DNA of 64,000 nucleotides from Eledone cirrhosa (taxonomy: Eukaryota): contig OZ024741.1 in assembly GCA_964016885.1 (NCBI GenBank), positions 198,958,001 to 199,022,000 of the forward strand, in the 5' to 3' direction. Below, piece by piece: positions 28,601 through 43,140 of this stretch. Under the pieces are notes generated by a model. That model was not told the origin of the DNA and made no database searches. It worked only from the letters and a program-made list of their open reading frames with translations. The position numbers were made by a program, and so were the translations under genes. Each line of letters begins with the position of its first letter. The first letter of the stretch is position 1.

Positions 28601-30186
28601 AGCTAACATCCCTGTCTGACTCCAAACATTCAAAATAAGAAGTGCTACTTCTCTTTTCTACATCTGCTACAGACAAAACCTCATTCTGCTTCATTGCCTT
28701 GGGCTTGTAGTGTGTGGATACCCTAAGGATATTTTATAATAGTTTTACATATGTAGAAAGAGTGTGGAGGTGGGAGATGTCAGTTATAAAGCCTATTGCC
28801 TGTTGGTCATCAACTGGAAGAAACTAACTTAAAGAGGAAAGTAAATATTTCATTGAGAATTTATCTGTAACATACAGCAGCTGGTCATATAATCTGTTTA
28901 TACCTGCAGGGCTAGCTAAATTTATTTACCATCTGCTGAGGATATAAATGATTTTGCTCTACCATTTGGGACAGGATTCCATAGAGCTTTTAGTTTTACT
29001 ACTATGATTATCATGTTATAAGCTGTGTGTATCTGGTTTAGAATAGGTGCTGCATATCCTTGCACGTCATAAGAGGCTACTAAAAGGTTTGGAGTTAGGA
29101 AGGGCATCCAGTTGTAAACCATTGCTTCAAAAAGGACCCCATGATGAGCCTGTGTGACTGACCTACTTTAACAGGGAAAAACGACCTTAAAATATTTGCA
29201 GTTGCCGCTCTCAAATTAACTCTAGTTATAATATTTCTAATGAAAGAACCTATGATGTTCTTATATAGAATTATGATGGAAAGTTATTAGATAAATATAA
29301 ACAGTTTTGTATCAGAACCAAGAGCAGTTTCAGGTAGGTTGGTATAAAAAATATAATATAGTTTCATTTTATGAATAAGATAACTGTTAGAAAAAAAACT
29401 TTCAGTGCAAAGGCAATATAAGCACCAAACTGAGATAGAAAGATGTGTCTGCAATCATAATTTCTTTTGATAAACTTTTGTACACCTTCATAGGTATCCA
29501 TCTACATGATACATATCTTCTGTGTATTCACATCAGTAAGAATACTGTCAAATGTGATGAAGTAGGCCATAATTTTGCAGAAAGGTTCTTGTACCTCTTG
29601 TATTTTCTATTAATTGTCCCAAGTTTCTATTATTAACATTTGATATACTTGGGGAGTTAAAACCCATGCTTTGCTCATGGTAATTTATGTAATTTTAGTG
29701 GATTCAACTTAAATGCTGAAAACATTACACCAGAGACTTATAGTATTTATTTATCACTGTTATCCAGTATTAATTTCATTTTATACAAAATCACTCTTTT
29801 GACCTGGAAAACACTTTCATAGGGCCTGGATCATGGGACAATTAGTGCCAACAGCTGCTTAAAGTTTCTATTGTATATTTTCATTGAGTTAAAATCCAAT
29901 CACCATATTATAATCATCATCATCATCATTTAACACCTGTTTTGTCTCCTAGGGAGGATTGGACAAGTGGTCACTGATGAGTCAGTACTCTAGTGGAAAC
30001 TCTGACCTCCGGGTAGGCAGGGGAAAGGTGGGGGCTGACATACAATCCCACACTCTATCAAGTGTATTTTATCATGGCCCAACACTAGAGAAGTTGTCAT
30101 GACTTTGACAATTGCTGAAGAGTCTTCCTGACCATTTGTTTAGCAGGTTTTCTATGGCTGGATGCCCTTTTTATCACCCAATTACT

Positions 30187-30386
30187 NNNNNNNNNNNNNN
30201 NNNNNNNNNNNNNNNNNNNNNNNNNNNNNNNNNNNNNNNNNNNNNNNNNNNNNNNNNNNNNNNNNNNNNNNNNNNNNNNNNNNNNNNNNNNNNNNNNNNN
30301 NNNNNNNNNNNNNNNNNNNNNNNNNNNNNNNNNNNNNNNNNNNNNNNNNNNNNNNNNNNNNNNNNNNNNNNNNNNNNNNNNNNNNN
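30187..30386. other. Assembly gap (200 N)
   Basis: Run of N. Confidence 1.
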
Positions 30387-30706
30387 AGAGAACAAGGAGC
30401 CAGAATGAATACTGCAAAGAAATATATCTGACATTCTAACGACTTCATTAATTTGCTGCCTTACAAATTATTGAGTTTGTGCCTAAATTAGAAATCAATA
30501 TTAGCTCTGTTTCAAGTTGATGATTTTTGTCTTGGGATTAATGTGTGCATATTCTTGACTATAACTGTTATAACTCTACTTAAATATTGTTGTGAAATAA
30601 CACAACATTTACCAAAGAAAGAATTTCATGATTTATGTAATAAAAAAAAGAAAAGGAAAGTAAAAGAATAGATGTTTTGAAGTTAGGTGTTTGTTAGAAA
30701 ACTGTC

Positions 30707-30890
30707 AATAAGAGGAAAGTATGTCAGGACACTGTATGAAAAAACATATTTACAGTCAAATGTTCTCAATATGAGAGAAGTGTGCCAGAACACTGTGAAA
30801 AGACCATCTTTACAGTAAAACATGTTCCTCTTAATAAAAGGAAACTATGTCAGGTCACTGTGTGTGAAAAGACCATCTTTACTATCAACT
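30707..30890. repeat. Degenerate ~60-bp tandem repeat x3
   Basis: AATAA..GGAAA.TATGTCAGG.CACTGT..GAAAAGACCATCTTTAC recurs. Confidence 0.65.
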
Positions 30891-31382
30891 ATGTTTTTGT
30901 AATAATACATATGGCTTACTTTGATAGTTCATTTCTTTTCAACTTGGCTCTCCTCAACTATATTTTTCATCAGGTTTTTCCTTAACTATCTGGTCTAAAA
31001 TTCCTTCTCCTATTTTGTTATGTTCATGGCAACAATAGATAAGTCACAATTTTTTCAAGATATTTATTATTGGATAAAAGGATTACTGGTTCCAGGAGCT
31101 AAAACTGTTTATAAATACACTTCTTAGAACAGCTGTATTGGCTCAAAAAGACGCAGTTGAAATATGAACTCATTACTCAGTAGTCCGATATCATATTCAC
31201 ACTGCAAATTTGCCTTGTTATTGAGTTAAAAGCTGCTTAAAATATTCTTTAAAACCCTTTCATTGCCATATTTCTATCATAATTTGAATTAGTTATTAAA
31301 AAATTTGGAGGGATTTACTAAAGTTAGTAATATTTCCACAATTAAGATGATATTTGTAACATAATGTAACAAAAGTAAAATT

Positions 31383-32158
31383 ATCATCATCATCATAATC
31401 TTCGTTTAATATCCATCTTCTACGCTAGCATGGGTTAGATGGGAGTTGTCACTTGAGGCAAGGTTGGTTGGGTGACCGTATCTCACTCATATAGGACTAT
31501 CTGGCAGGTTTTCTATGGCTGGATGCCCCTCCTAACACCAACCACATTTACAGTGTGGAACTGGGAACTTTTTACCGTGTTACCTACATGGCCACATTAC
31601 AGCGGGGACTGTGTTTTTTTTTTGTTGTGACACCTACACGATCTCGATCTCATTATCTTATTTATTTGGACTGGATGTTGTGGTACCAACTTTACAGAGA
31701 GAGAAGGTGGTGTTGGTGGGAGTGGGAGGATAGGGCAGGAGTAGTGGATTGGGGGTGTATATTTGGTTAAGAGGTGCCTACTGTCTGTAGGTCTTCTGTA
31801 TTACTGCGTAGTGCCAAAGATCTCGGTCCAGTGTCTTAGAGAGGTGCCGGTGTGTAAAGTCGGTATTTATTAGATCGTCCCAGGTTTTTCTGGGTCTACC
31901 TACTCCGTAACTACCATCAATTTTGATCGCCCTGCACTTTTTTTTATACAGCTGTCGTCTTTCATGCGCATCACGTGACCATACCAACGTAGTCTTCTCT
32001 CAAGTAAACAGCATCTGATCCCTCTTATTCCTAATTTCTCACTTAGTTCATTTATGCTTTGCCATTCACTTATATTACTATTACACATCCAACGGAGCAT
32101 GCATGCTTTGTTCCTTTCCAGTCTGCGCAGGTCCTCTGCACGCAATGCCCATGTCTCA
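31383..32158 (-). mobile_element. RTE 3' fragment (C-terminus plus 3' UTR), decayed
   Basis: AEDLRRLERN..LLERRLRWYGHVMRM, GRPRKTW; (CAT)n tail. Confidence 0.88.
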
Positions 32159-33934
32159 AAAGTAAAATTATGTTGGAAATTATTTCGTTGGAACCCTTAA
32201 AATGGGTGTTTTCGTTTCATAGAATCAGAGGTAGTTTTGGAAGTGTATCAGAAGGATTCAATTTTTATAATCTGCCCCCCCCCCCCCCTTTTTTTTTTTT
32301 TACAAATTTATTGAATTTCTTACTAGGAAATCTCAGGTGATTTTTCTTGAAACCAAGATTTAGAACTTAAAAGACTAAATTTGTTTCTTAAAATGGTTTA
32401 GTTCTAAAAACAAGCCATTATAGCCGATTGACATAATTTTCTCAAGCTCAACAATGCGAAAAGTGTTGCATTGTTGCTCATGTTACTACAGTAGAACAGA
32501 AAAGAACATTATTCAAATTTTCATTCATAATTGTTATTACAGTGACAGGTCTAGCATTGTGAAGGTGTGTGTGCCTAGCTGAGTTGCTGGGATGCTAAGA
32601 TCAGCTTTTAGTATTCTGGAACTGTATTGTATTGATGTAAACTCTCAGTGAACAAATTTACTTTGTTGTAATTAATTACTGCAGCATATGTTGATGTAAA
32701 AAGTATCATAGATTTCTAATTTAGGCAAATCTTGAAGAAGGGCAAAGGTAATTAAAACAAACCCAATACTTGACAGGAACATTATTTTTTTATCCCAGAA
32801 GGATGAAAGGCAAAGTTGATCTTGGCAGGATTTGAACTTAAACATAAATGGCCATAATCCTCTTATCCAACAATAAATATCTTGAAAAGTGGTAACTTAT
32901 CTATTGTAGTTATGTGAACATAACAAAATAGGAAAGGACCAGATTTTAGACCTGCCAATCCACCTCCCTTAGCGGGACTGTATTATTGAGGTATGATTTG
33001 TTGCTTTTCAGTGCTGGATTTAATTACTTCTAACAAGAACTGTTACCTTTGATAGTCCTCCCCCAAAAGACTTTGTATAAAAATTGTCCATCTAACCTAT
33101 GCCATCATGGAAAAATGAATGTAAAAGCAACAAGGATGATGTCCAATGTTTTCTTTTCACTGTGGTAAACTGAGACGTACAACTTTGTTTCCATACTACT
33201 TCATGATATTGAAACAGATAATGACTGTTATGTAATCTCTCTTTCTTAACCCTGACCTTCTTATGGCTATGTAACATATCAGTCATGCTGCAGTGTGCTT
33301 GAAATGGTAAAGTGCTCTACTGTATATTTTACAGTATTCAATTTCAACCCTCTGACTTGGCTCCTCATTGGAGTTGATTTATTATTTTATCCTTTCCTCA
33401 TCATTTTTACACTGACTTTTCTATGCTGTAAATTGAACTTCTAATTGTAGCAATATGACTTAGATAGGTAGTGCATTGTGTGTGTGTATGAATAGTAAAG
33501 TTACAGACAGAGATATATATAAATATACAAACATGTGGTGTATTAGCATAGTCTTAATAACAAAGGTTAGTTGCATTACTAAATAACTTCAAATTTTTTA
33601 TTATTTACAAAATTAATTAAAACACATAAGCAGTATATTTTATTAAAAATATGCTCATTAATGGGTTAATGAAGCTAAAGTATGTTGGTGATGTTTTAAA
33701 ATATCAGACACTAACTAGCTAGACTTTAAATTGTTTTCCTACTTTTTGTCTTAAAAATAGGATGTTAGCTATATTAAAATTGTTGGTCTGGTCTTAATGG
33801 TGAAATCCATTAGACAAAACATTTGAGAACCTGTTAAAAAAATGTGTCTCATATTTTACAAATACATTATGCCAAATGAAAATTATAAATTAAAGTAAAT
33901 TCCTGCTTCAAAACTGAACTCTATAGAGAAGCAA

Positions 33935-34345
33935 TCATCATTATCATCATCATCATGTATTTATATTTGCTTTTATATGTTTGTATGGATTAGATGGATC
34001 TTTTCCAGCACATCCCCACTTCGCTCATTGCATTCCTTTGTCATTTCCTCTGCAATGTTCAGCCTTTTGAGGTTCACTCTGCCCAGGTTTTCCTTGCCAT
34101 CCATCTACTGTAGCTTCCTTCCACTGGGAACTCCTGGCACTTCTTCACTTCAACAATCATCATCCATATGCATCACATGTCCATTTCAGCACAGTCTTCA
34201 CTCTTGGACACTACATTTAATTCCTCTTATACCCAGTTTTTCTCTCAGCCAATTCATGCTTTGCTGTTGGTCCCTATTAACATTACACATCCATTGGAGC
34301 ATGTTCACTTCATTTCTCTCAAGACTCCACATATCCTCTGCATTC
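33935..34345 (-). mobile_element. Old RTE 3' fragment
   Basis: Remnants of AEDMWSLERNE / EKLGIRGIKC / GKPGQ; CAT tail. Confidence 0.6.
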
Positions 34346-34707
34346 ATTATCCAAGAATATGTATTATTTTCACAAGAGTATGAAAAGGTTGCTGAGTGGC
34401 AGAAATTGTAGAGCTCTGAAGTAAATGTTCTTCAGAACTTAGTTCCTTCTTTCTCTGTTTTGAGTTAAACCCTTTCATTACCATATTTCTAATGAAAGAC
34501 CCTGCTTATAATTTTCAAATCATTTTGAAAATTATCAAGAATTCAGATGGATTTGGTTATATAACTAACTTCCTCATTATTAAGCTGGTGTTTAGAACAT
34601 AACATAAAAAAGGTTCTTAAAATTTATGATGGAAGGTTTTTAGATAAATATGAAGGTGTTTATACAATTTTGATTCAACCTTTCCTAAGGTTGCTGACCT
34701 TGTACAT

Positions 34708-34872
34708 AATCATCACCATCATCGTTTAACGTCTATCTTCCACACTAGCATGGGTTAGACGGGAATTGTCCCACTTGAGGCAAGATTGGCCGGGTGACCG
34801 TGTCTCGCTCGTATAGGACTATTTGGCAGGTTTTCTACAGCTGGATGCTCTTCCTAACACCAACCACATTTA
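34708..34872 (-). mobile_element. RTE 3'UTR fragment
   Basis: CATCGTTTAACGTC..GGATGCTCTTCCTAACACCAACC. Confidence 0.75.
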
Positions 34873-35485
34873 CCATTATGATAAATCACTATATACTAAT
34901 TTTAATAAAAGTGATTGTCAAATTCATTGTTTTGGTCCAATCCTTTGTTTTCTGTATTCAGGACTATATTATCCAATGTGTCCCTTAAGTTGTTAGAGTG
35001 TGATTTGAAGGAGAGTGGCTTGCTATTTCAAACAGGTTGTGTGGCTGTATAGAAACTCTTCTGTTGACCATGTGAGGTGCATTCACAAGAAACCTTGAAT
35101 AAAACCACAATGATTGCATTCTGTTTTTTTGTTTTGTTTTACAACACTGTTAAACTTAGTGGCATTTCTAGTTAAATTTTGTGCTAGTCATCTTTCATTC
35201 TTTAACAATTAGGTTTCTTTTTAGCCCTTTTAATTCTCTTTAGTAAATACTATTAAACCTATACTATCAAATGTACATAAATAAATGTACATTTCAAGAA
35301 CACAGCATCAAACTAATTAACCCTTTCATTACCATATTTCTAACAAAATATGCTGCCTATGTGTGTTTCAATTAATTTTGAAAATAACTAGTAGCTTACT
35401 ATTTCTTATAGTAGTTATACTGTATATACCCTTAACATTATCAAATGAAAAGATAAAGAAATATGTGTTAAAAAGAAAGAAAAAT

Positions 35486-35720
35486 TGAACCTTTTTGATA
35501 CCAATCTATCCAAAACGGCTTCTAGTTCTGTGGAAAACTTACCTATTTTAAACGATTCCTATTAAAATCTTCCAAAATCATTTTATATGAGAATCTTTTG
35601 TTCTGTTATGAGTATAATTTGTTATATTTGAAAAATAAATGTAGTAAACCCCACCAAATTCTTCATTAATTAATTCAAATGCAGAGTATTTTATTTGAAA
35701 TATGGTAACAAAAGTGTTAA
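35486..35720 (-). mobile_element. piggyBac-like MITE (~250 bp)
   Basis: Reverse copy of the CCCTTTCATTACCA...TGGTATCAAAAGGG family with TTAA-like flanks. Confidence 0.55.
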
Positions 35721-38051
35721 TATCTTTGTAATTGTTAAAGTAATTATGAACATAGGAGTTTGGTTCTTAAAACAAACTTATAACAATTATTATTTCATGT
35801 TTGATCTGAATTGTGAGAAAAGGGAAGAGAATGAGAAAGATTTCAAAATAATTAAATGCTGCCCACCTCTCAAATTCCATCTGTGTTAGTCAACTATGTC
35901 ATGATTAAAGATTTAGTAGATCACCCAAGAAATTTCAAATAATATTTTTCAAGAATTTCAAGTGTTGAAGTTCTGTGCATATTTCTTTATATTTACGAAC
36001 CAAAAAGAAGAATTTCATCCACTTAAGTTTGCTCTTTGCATTTTGATTTTCTCCCATTTTCCTGTATGCTAAGTTCAGATGTGAGTTTGTAGATGAGTCA
36101 TTATGGTAACTTATGATTTTGAAGATGTGAAGTAGTTTTCTGACCTTTACTGCCTTAAGGTAGACATTAGTAAACTTCCATTCTGGTTTTGAAGTCAGTA
36201 TGTTTTAGTGTCTAAATATATGAGAAGTGGTTCACTACTTTTCAGCTTATAAAAGTGCAGGCGTGCTCAAGAATGAAATCTTGTAGCCATGTAGAACAGG
36301 TTTTTAAACATAAGTATATAAATTAAAACGGATGAAAGTTATTTTATCAAGCTATCTGAAAGTTATTTTATCAAGTTATTTTATCAAGCCTGCTGATGTA
36401 TAATATATAGACTTAATATAGCAGGAATTGAATATCACCTAATTAAGCTGAAGTGCAATAAATAAAACTGGGTGATAGCTGATGGAACCATTATATACTT
36501 TTCAGTTCCTTTTCCTCTCTACATATAATAATATATTTTGTTTGTAACTTTCCTGCAATCACAAATTCATCTCTAGTCAACAAGTTAATTAATTGTTGAG
36601 CCTTTCTAACACATTGATAATTTTCTTTACTCTTGGTAGAATATAAAAAATATCTATGATTTCTATCCTCCTTAATAGCTTATGTCAGCATGGAAGAAAG
36701 ATGTACTCCTTCTCCCACCACATCCCTTGCCCAACCCATGCCATCATGGAAAGCTAGGCATGTCTCACGCTATATGACCAGATGCAACTCACTCTCTTCA
36801 AGGCCACCTCTGTGACGCAATGCTTCCATTCTTGTGGTGGTATCACTCCTCCTCCACTATCTCCAATGCTTCTCTAATGCTGGTGTCATCATAACAATGC
36901 ATACAACCAACCCTGTAAAGTAGTAGTACTTGTGCCACAATAAAGAGGCTGCACAGTCAGGCAATAGTAATGTCAGGGAAAAAAGCACCCTGTTCACTCT
37001 GCAAGAGTCACAATAAAATGTTCCCAGTACATGTTGCAAATTACTTGGCATTAGGAAGCTCATCTAACTGTAAAAACCAAGCCAATAACAGATTGTACAA
37101 GCAAATCGTGGTCACCTGACATGTCTAGCCGCATTACGTGACAACCCGTCTAAACCATGCAAACATGGAAACCAAGCGTTAAACAGTGATTATGTTGATG
37201 ATGGCTTACATCCATTTATTCATTTGGCAATCTGAGTCAACATTATGACTCACTGAACCATCCCATCATTATGCCAACTTCCTTCTTGTTAGATCATTGA
37301 TCCAGATTTTACAACTCCTCATCAGTGCTCATAATGTCTTGATAAAATGCACTCAGTACATTTTGTAAAGTGGTTGTTGGCAATGTAGAGTAAAGAGGGA
37401 GGACTCTTCAGACACGCTAAAAATATGGTGACTTCTTTTGCATTGGTGTCTTGATAAAAAAATACACCTTGTAAACTCTGTAAAGTGGTGGAAAGGGCAT
37501 CCAACCATAGAAACAATGCCAAAAATGGAATGTATGATTCAAACATCTATAAGGTCAGTAGATGACAAGAATCATAATGACCAGTCCAATACATGCCAAT
37601 ATGGAAAACAGATGTATGATGATATGTATGTGTGGACATACAGACATTCTGATGAGACCACTGAATTTAGAAGTAACTGTCAAACCATTTCTTCATAAAA
37701 ATATGTGTATATATATATATATAAATATATATATTCACACACACATACATATATATATACACATATACACAACAAACACACATGCACATACACATGTACA
37801 TATTTATGTACATGCAAATATACTGACATAGAGGTGTGGGTTCTGTGTGTATCTTACTTAATTTAATGATTTCACATTTCCAAGTGACAAGCAGGAGATG
37901 TAAGACAACATACATGCTAGGTCTCTTTAGATATTACAACTGACAGAAATTATTAACCTTAATAGATATTGGGTTTTATTTTTTCTTATTTAATCTGTTG
38001 TTTCTTATGGACTTCAAGTACATATCATGATAAATATGAAGATGGATAAAA

Positions 38052-38549
38052 AGCTGCATAAAAAGGTGCAGAGCACTAGAAGTTGATGGAAACCGCGGTG
38101 TGGGGAGACCCAAGATGACCTGGGATGAGGTGATAAAAGCCGACCTTACCCAATTACACCTCTCAAAGACAATGACACACGACCATGACTTCTGGCGTCA
38201 CGCAGTAATACAGAGTACCCGACCTCCCATGGGTACATGCTGAAGCATATAAACAATATGCCCCCCCCCCCACCGCAAGGTGGTCATGGAGGTGCCACGG
38301 CAAAAAAGCACCCGGCCCACACTGTAAAGTGGACGTGTAGGCGCCACGAAAAAGCACCCAGCACTCACTGTAAATGAGGTTGGTGTTAGGAAGGGCATCC
38401 AGCTGTAGAAATCAAGCCAAAATCAGTTCCTGTATGAACAAGGCATGGTCAGCCGACCAGACACTGCACACAACAGGACAACCCGTCTAACCCATGCTAG
38501 CGTGGAAGAATGGACGTAAAACGGTGATGATGATGATGATGATGATGAT
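38052..38549 (+). mobile_element. RTE family-2 3' fragment
   Basis: Near-identical to 25358-25861. Confidence 0.93.
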
Positions 38550-38685
38550 ACCTCGTTAAAAGGTTTGCTGTGCAATTATGTGGTTCTGAGTTCAATCCTA
38601 CTGCACTGTATATTAGACAAGTATCTTGGATTAACCAATACATCACAAGAGGAAATTGTATATATAATTATATATATATATACAT

Positions 38686-39160
38686 ATCACCATCATCATC
38701 ATTACCGTTTAACATCCATTTTCCACACTAGCATGGATGAGATGGGTTGTCCCATTGTGAGACAAGTCAGAACAGGCAACCGTGTCTTGTTCATACAGAA
38801 CTGTTACTGGCTTGGTTTCTACAGCTGGATACCCTTCCTAATGCCAATCACATTTACAGTGTGGACGGTAGTTTTTATTGTAGCACCAAAATGACCAACT
38901 GATAGGTTAGAGTGGGTGCTTTTTGTTGTGTCACCAATTCAACCACCTTACAGGGTGGACTGGGTCCTTTTTCTCATGTCACCAACATGACTACTTTACA
39001 GGGTGGACTAGGTGCTTTTTGTCATGTCACCATGACCATTTTACAGGGTGGACTGGGTGCTCTTTTGTCATGTCACCAGCATGAGCATCTTACATTGTGA
39101 ACTAGGGGTTGTTGTTATCACCAGCATGATCACCTTACAGGGTAGACTGGGAGCTTTTAG
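38686..39160 (-). mobile_element. RTE 3'UTR fragment with about 6 degenerate subrepeats
   Basis: Repeated TTACAGGGTGGACTGGGTGCTTTT..TGTCACC. Confidence 0.75.
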
Positions 39161-39732
39161 CCATTTGAGCAGCATTGTTGGGGAGTATGTCCAGCTTTCC
39201 ATACTTGCCTGCATGGGTTGGACAAGAGAAGTATATCAGATGTAGTAAGTGGGGGGGGGGGATGTATGTATAAATGATCGGGATTGGAGAGGTAGGTCTA
39301 AGGTGGGGTACTTAGCTGGTGAAGGGTGAAGACATGGGAGGTGTATGGAAAGGGTAGAGGGAGAAATTGTGCATACTAGTGATCACTAAATGTTTGCTTC
39401 ATCTTGTGTACATGGGAAGGCGAGTATATTTATCGAGAAAATATATTTGTGTGTGTGTGTGTGTGTGTCTGTCTGCCCCCAGGCATGGTTATCGCGACCT
39501 TTAGACAACAGGTCTATAGAATTGCCAGCAAATCGCCCTAATCAAAGAATAGTCTAAGTTTCCATATTTTCCCATTGGTAAAGAGATTAACCCCTGTGTT
39601 TTCAAATGCAGGCCATTTTTATTTTGCAAATATTAGTAAAACAGATAGAATCAAAGAGATTGAATATTTATACTAATTGCTTCTACAACAACAATTAGAG
39701 GAATTTTCTTTAAGGAATATGAAAATTTTGGG

Positions 39733-40035
39733 TTAACCCTTTCATTACCATGTTTCATTACCAGACAATATCCATCTCTAATCAATCTTATATTCAAAAT
39801 ATGAATTGAATTCAACCCTTTTATTGCCTATGATTTTAAAATAATTTTGAAAATAGTAAAAAACTTGGAGAAATTTAGTTATAAAACTAACATTCTTATT
39901 ACCAAACTGGTGTCTGGAACATAACTTAACAAATGTTCTTACATAAAATTATGATGGATGGTTCTTAGATAAATATAAACTCTTTAAAACAGTTTTGTGT
40001 CATAAAATCAGAGGCAGATGGTATTAAAAGTTTAA
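39733..40035 (+). mobile_element. piggyBac-like MITE
   Basis: TTAACCCTTTCATTACCA ... TGGTATTAAAAGTTTAA. Confidence 0.55.
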
Positions 40036-40555
40036 GGGATGGTCATAGGCTGCTTATTAATTCCTATTTGTGAGAAACTTTCAAGTCCACTGAACGGGTG
40101 TAGTCAGAAGGTATTGTTTGTAAGTTTTCTAAGTATATAAATATAGATTTCATATAGTTGGAGGAGTTAGTGCGTTTTTTGCCCAACCTCACCTTACTAG
40201 GAACAGCAGCAGCAGCTACAGCATTTTGTGAGGAGGAAATTGCAGTTGCTTTTAGTTTTATCTGAGAAAGTTTAAATGAGAAAGTAATATTATTATTTAA
40301 TTGGCTTCAGTATTTGAACTGTTGTTATGCTGGGGCACTACTTTTAGTCAATTATATTGCCCCCCCCCCCCCACACACACACACCATCTGTACTTTTGCT
40401 TGGTACCTATTTTATTGCCCTTGGAAGAGGATGAATGACAAAGTTAACCAAGTGTAAAGAATAATGGAGAAATGGAACTGAATGAAACAAAATACTACAC
40501 AGTATTTTTGTTCAACGTACTTATTCACTTATTCTACCATCCTGTGGTGATATAT

Positions 40556-40880
40556 GTAAAAGGTAAAGAGAAATAACAACACAATTGGTACAGTATATGG
40601 AAGGAATATATTAGGTTAATACTTGAAATAGCAGGAAGAGGGTCTTAATGTTTCGGACACTAGTCCTTCATCAGAAGAAAGAATGAGAAATTAGAAAGAT
40701 TGAAGGGATGGGCGGGGTGGAATTGGAAAAAAATGTTTTTAGAGAAAAATAATAGGTTCATTCAAGTTGCCATCTCTTGGAAAACTGTTGATGCTAGCAT
40801 TTTGTGTATGATATATTTTTTTAGACAAGTGGATGATGGAACACATTTACCTGAAATGGAAATAAAAACGTTTTGTATAA
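40556..40880 (-). mobile_element. Penelope-like HHR element family B
   Basis: Homologous to 46290-46505, 60418-60600 and 61947-62190; HHR at 40643-40678. Confidence 0.65.
40643..40678 (-). ncRNA. Minimal hammerhead ribozyme
   Basis: UCUU-CUGAUGA-a-GGAC-uagu-GUCC-GAAACAUU-AAGA (family consensus GAAACGUUA with palindromic AACGUU). Confidence 0.7.
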
Positions 40881-40890
40881 AGAGTTATAC

Positions 40891-40924
<34 letters not shown>

Positions 40925-41356
40925 ATACGTCTGTACGAAGCTAAGAGGATATGTATGGGTTAGAAGGGTTTGTCGCATTTGAAGCAAGTTGGTTCGGGTG
41001 ACTGTGTCTCACTCATATACAACATTTATATATATATGTATATATATATATAAATGTGTGAGTAGTATAAACAAATAAAAAAGATCAATCAACACATAAT
41101 TTGTGAGCTGAAATTGTTGGTATTAAGTGTTCAACTTATTCATGCATTACCTGTGGTTTTGTAAAATGTTTTTACTTCCAGTTAAACCACTGCTAATGCC
41201 TGACATAAATAGCAGAGACATTTGTCCAATGTGACAGCACCATGTAGTTGCAAAGCAAACTTCTTAACCACAAAGCCATATATTGTTAAATTGCAACAGT
41301 TTTAATCAAATTCTTCAGATGAAAGTTACTATTGTTTTAATATTTGGACTGATTAA

Positions 41357-41560
41357 GGTGGGGTTGGCAGAATTGGTAGAGCTTTGGATAAAATGTCACT
41401 GAACTATTTGTTCCAGCTCTTTACATTCTGAGGCTAACTTTGCCTTTCATTCTCTTGGGGGTCATTAAAATAAAGTACCAGTCAAGTGCTGTGTGTTGAT
41501 TTAATTAACATTGTCCTCCCCCAAATTTACTGGCCTTGTGCCTAGATTAGAAATCAATAT
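41357..41560 (+). mobile_element. SINE family B (older)
   Basis: TTTGCCTTTCATTC..GGGGTCATTAAAATAAAGTACCAG; tail GGCCTTGTGCC. Confidence 0.7.
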
Positions 41561-41996
41561 TCTTTCCTCAAATAGAGGAATCTCAAAGTCATGGAAATGA
41601 TGGAATACTAGAATGTGTATTTATTTATTGAAAGTAAAACAGACTATGAAGTTTGAAGTGAGTTAAAAAAGAGAAAATTGATGTAAGAATTATTCTCCTT
41701 AGACACAGTATTACTTGACCTTCTCATACTTGTTAGAGTGACTTTATGGCAGAAGTATTTGTTATACACTAACAGAAACAGACAGGCTTGGTGTTTCTTT
41801 CACTTGTTGATGATTAATGACATTTTAAAGTCAGCAATAACTGACAGAGTAGAAATTGTTTTTTCTCCTATGCCCAAACACACCGTATCTACTGTCATAT
41901 CTTTTCACCAGAAAAATAAGTATCACTTCCACAAACCATTCTGATATGAAACCAGCCCAAACCTGGTTCTGGTTCTACGGAGCAAAACCCCCCATT

Positions 41997-42243
41997 TTAA
42001 TTCTTTCATTACCATATTTCTAATGAAAGACACTGCCTAGGATTTTTAAATAATTTTGAAAATAATCAAGAATTTTGGGGGATTGAGTAAAATAATTAAC
42101 TTTACATTATTAAGCTTGTATTTGGAGCATAACTTAACAAACTTTTCATTGATAAAATTATGATGGAAGTTTTAAATTCAAAACAAACAGCTTTGTATCA
42201 TAAAAGCAGGGCGGTTTCAGGCAGTTTGGTATGGAAAGGGTTA
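41997..42243 (+). mobile_element. piggyBac-like MITE
   Basis: TTAA-.CTTTCATTACCATATTTC ... TGGTATGGAAAGGG-TTA. Confidence 0.6.
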
Positions 42244-42934
42244 TAGGGTTTCTATTTAAATTGAAATCATCAATCATAGTATTATATAAGAACCATATGT
42301 TAAGTTACTTAATAATGAAATAACCAACAATCTTAGTAAATCTTTCAAAATCCTTCATTAACTTATTGAAATAGAGTGTATTTCATTAGAAATATCAATT
42401 ATCTTAACAATCCATGCAAATACCTGGATTTGTAGAACCTTCTTGTCTATTTTAGACATAAAATGTAGAAAATAATAGATAGAAAAGTTAAACAAACTAT
42501 TTGTTTATAGACATTAAGAAAATATTTGAAAATATTTGCAAAATGTTAAAAAAAAAGAAGAATTTCTTAATTAAGAAATATCAACATCCATAACTTTGGT
42601 TCGTCTCAGTTGGGAATCCAACTGGATCATTTGATGACAGTTGCTGTTTATAAGACCCTCTGCCCTTCAACCCTCTCACAACTGCCAGCACAACCCTTTC
42701 AGGACTAAGTGGGCTTAAGAAAAGAAATAAAAAGTTATCTAGAAGCCAACATTTATAAATATTTTCATAGGTAATCAGGTATGTTCAATTCTCATCCATT
42801 TTTCTTTTGACTGAGACATTCTGATTTTGTTTAGGTTTGACTTTTTACTCTCCTTTAGTGATCTCAGTCATTGGAGTGCAGCTTTCTTCAAAATTTTAGT
42901 CAGTCATATCAACCTGAGTACATATTTCAGTCTG

Positions 42935-43140
42935 GTAGCTAGAGCATCAGACAAAATGCTTTGCTGTATTAAGTTACAACTTTTATACATTCTAAGTTCA
43001 AATCTTGTCAAGGTCAACTTTGCCTTTCATCCTTCTATGGTTAATAAAATGAGTACCAATCAAATACTGGGGTCAATGTATTCAACTTCCCTCATGTCCT
43101 GAATTGCTGGCCTTGTGACAATGTTAGAAAGAATTATTAA
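42935..43140 (+). mobile_element. SINE family B (older)
   Basis: AAGTTCAAATC, GGTCAACTTTGCCTTTCATCC, GAGTACCA, GGCCTTGTG. Confidence 0.7.

Noticed and set aside
30097-30448. ORFs spanning X runs
   Set aside because: Artefacts of the 200-N gap
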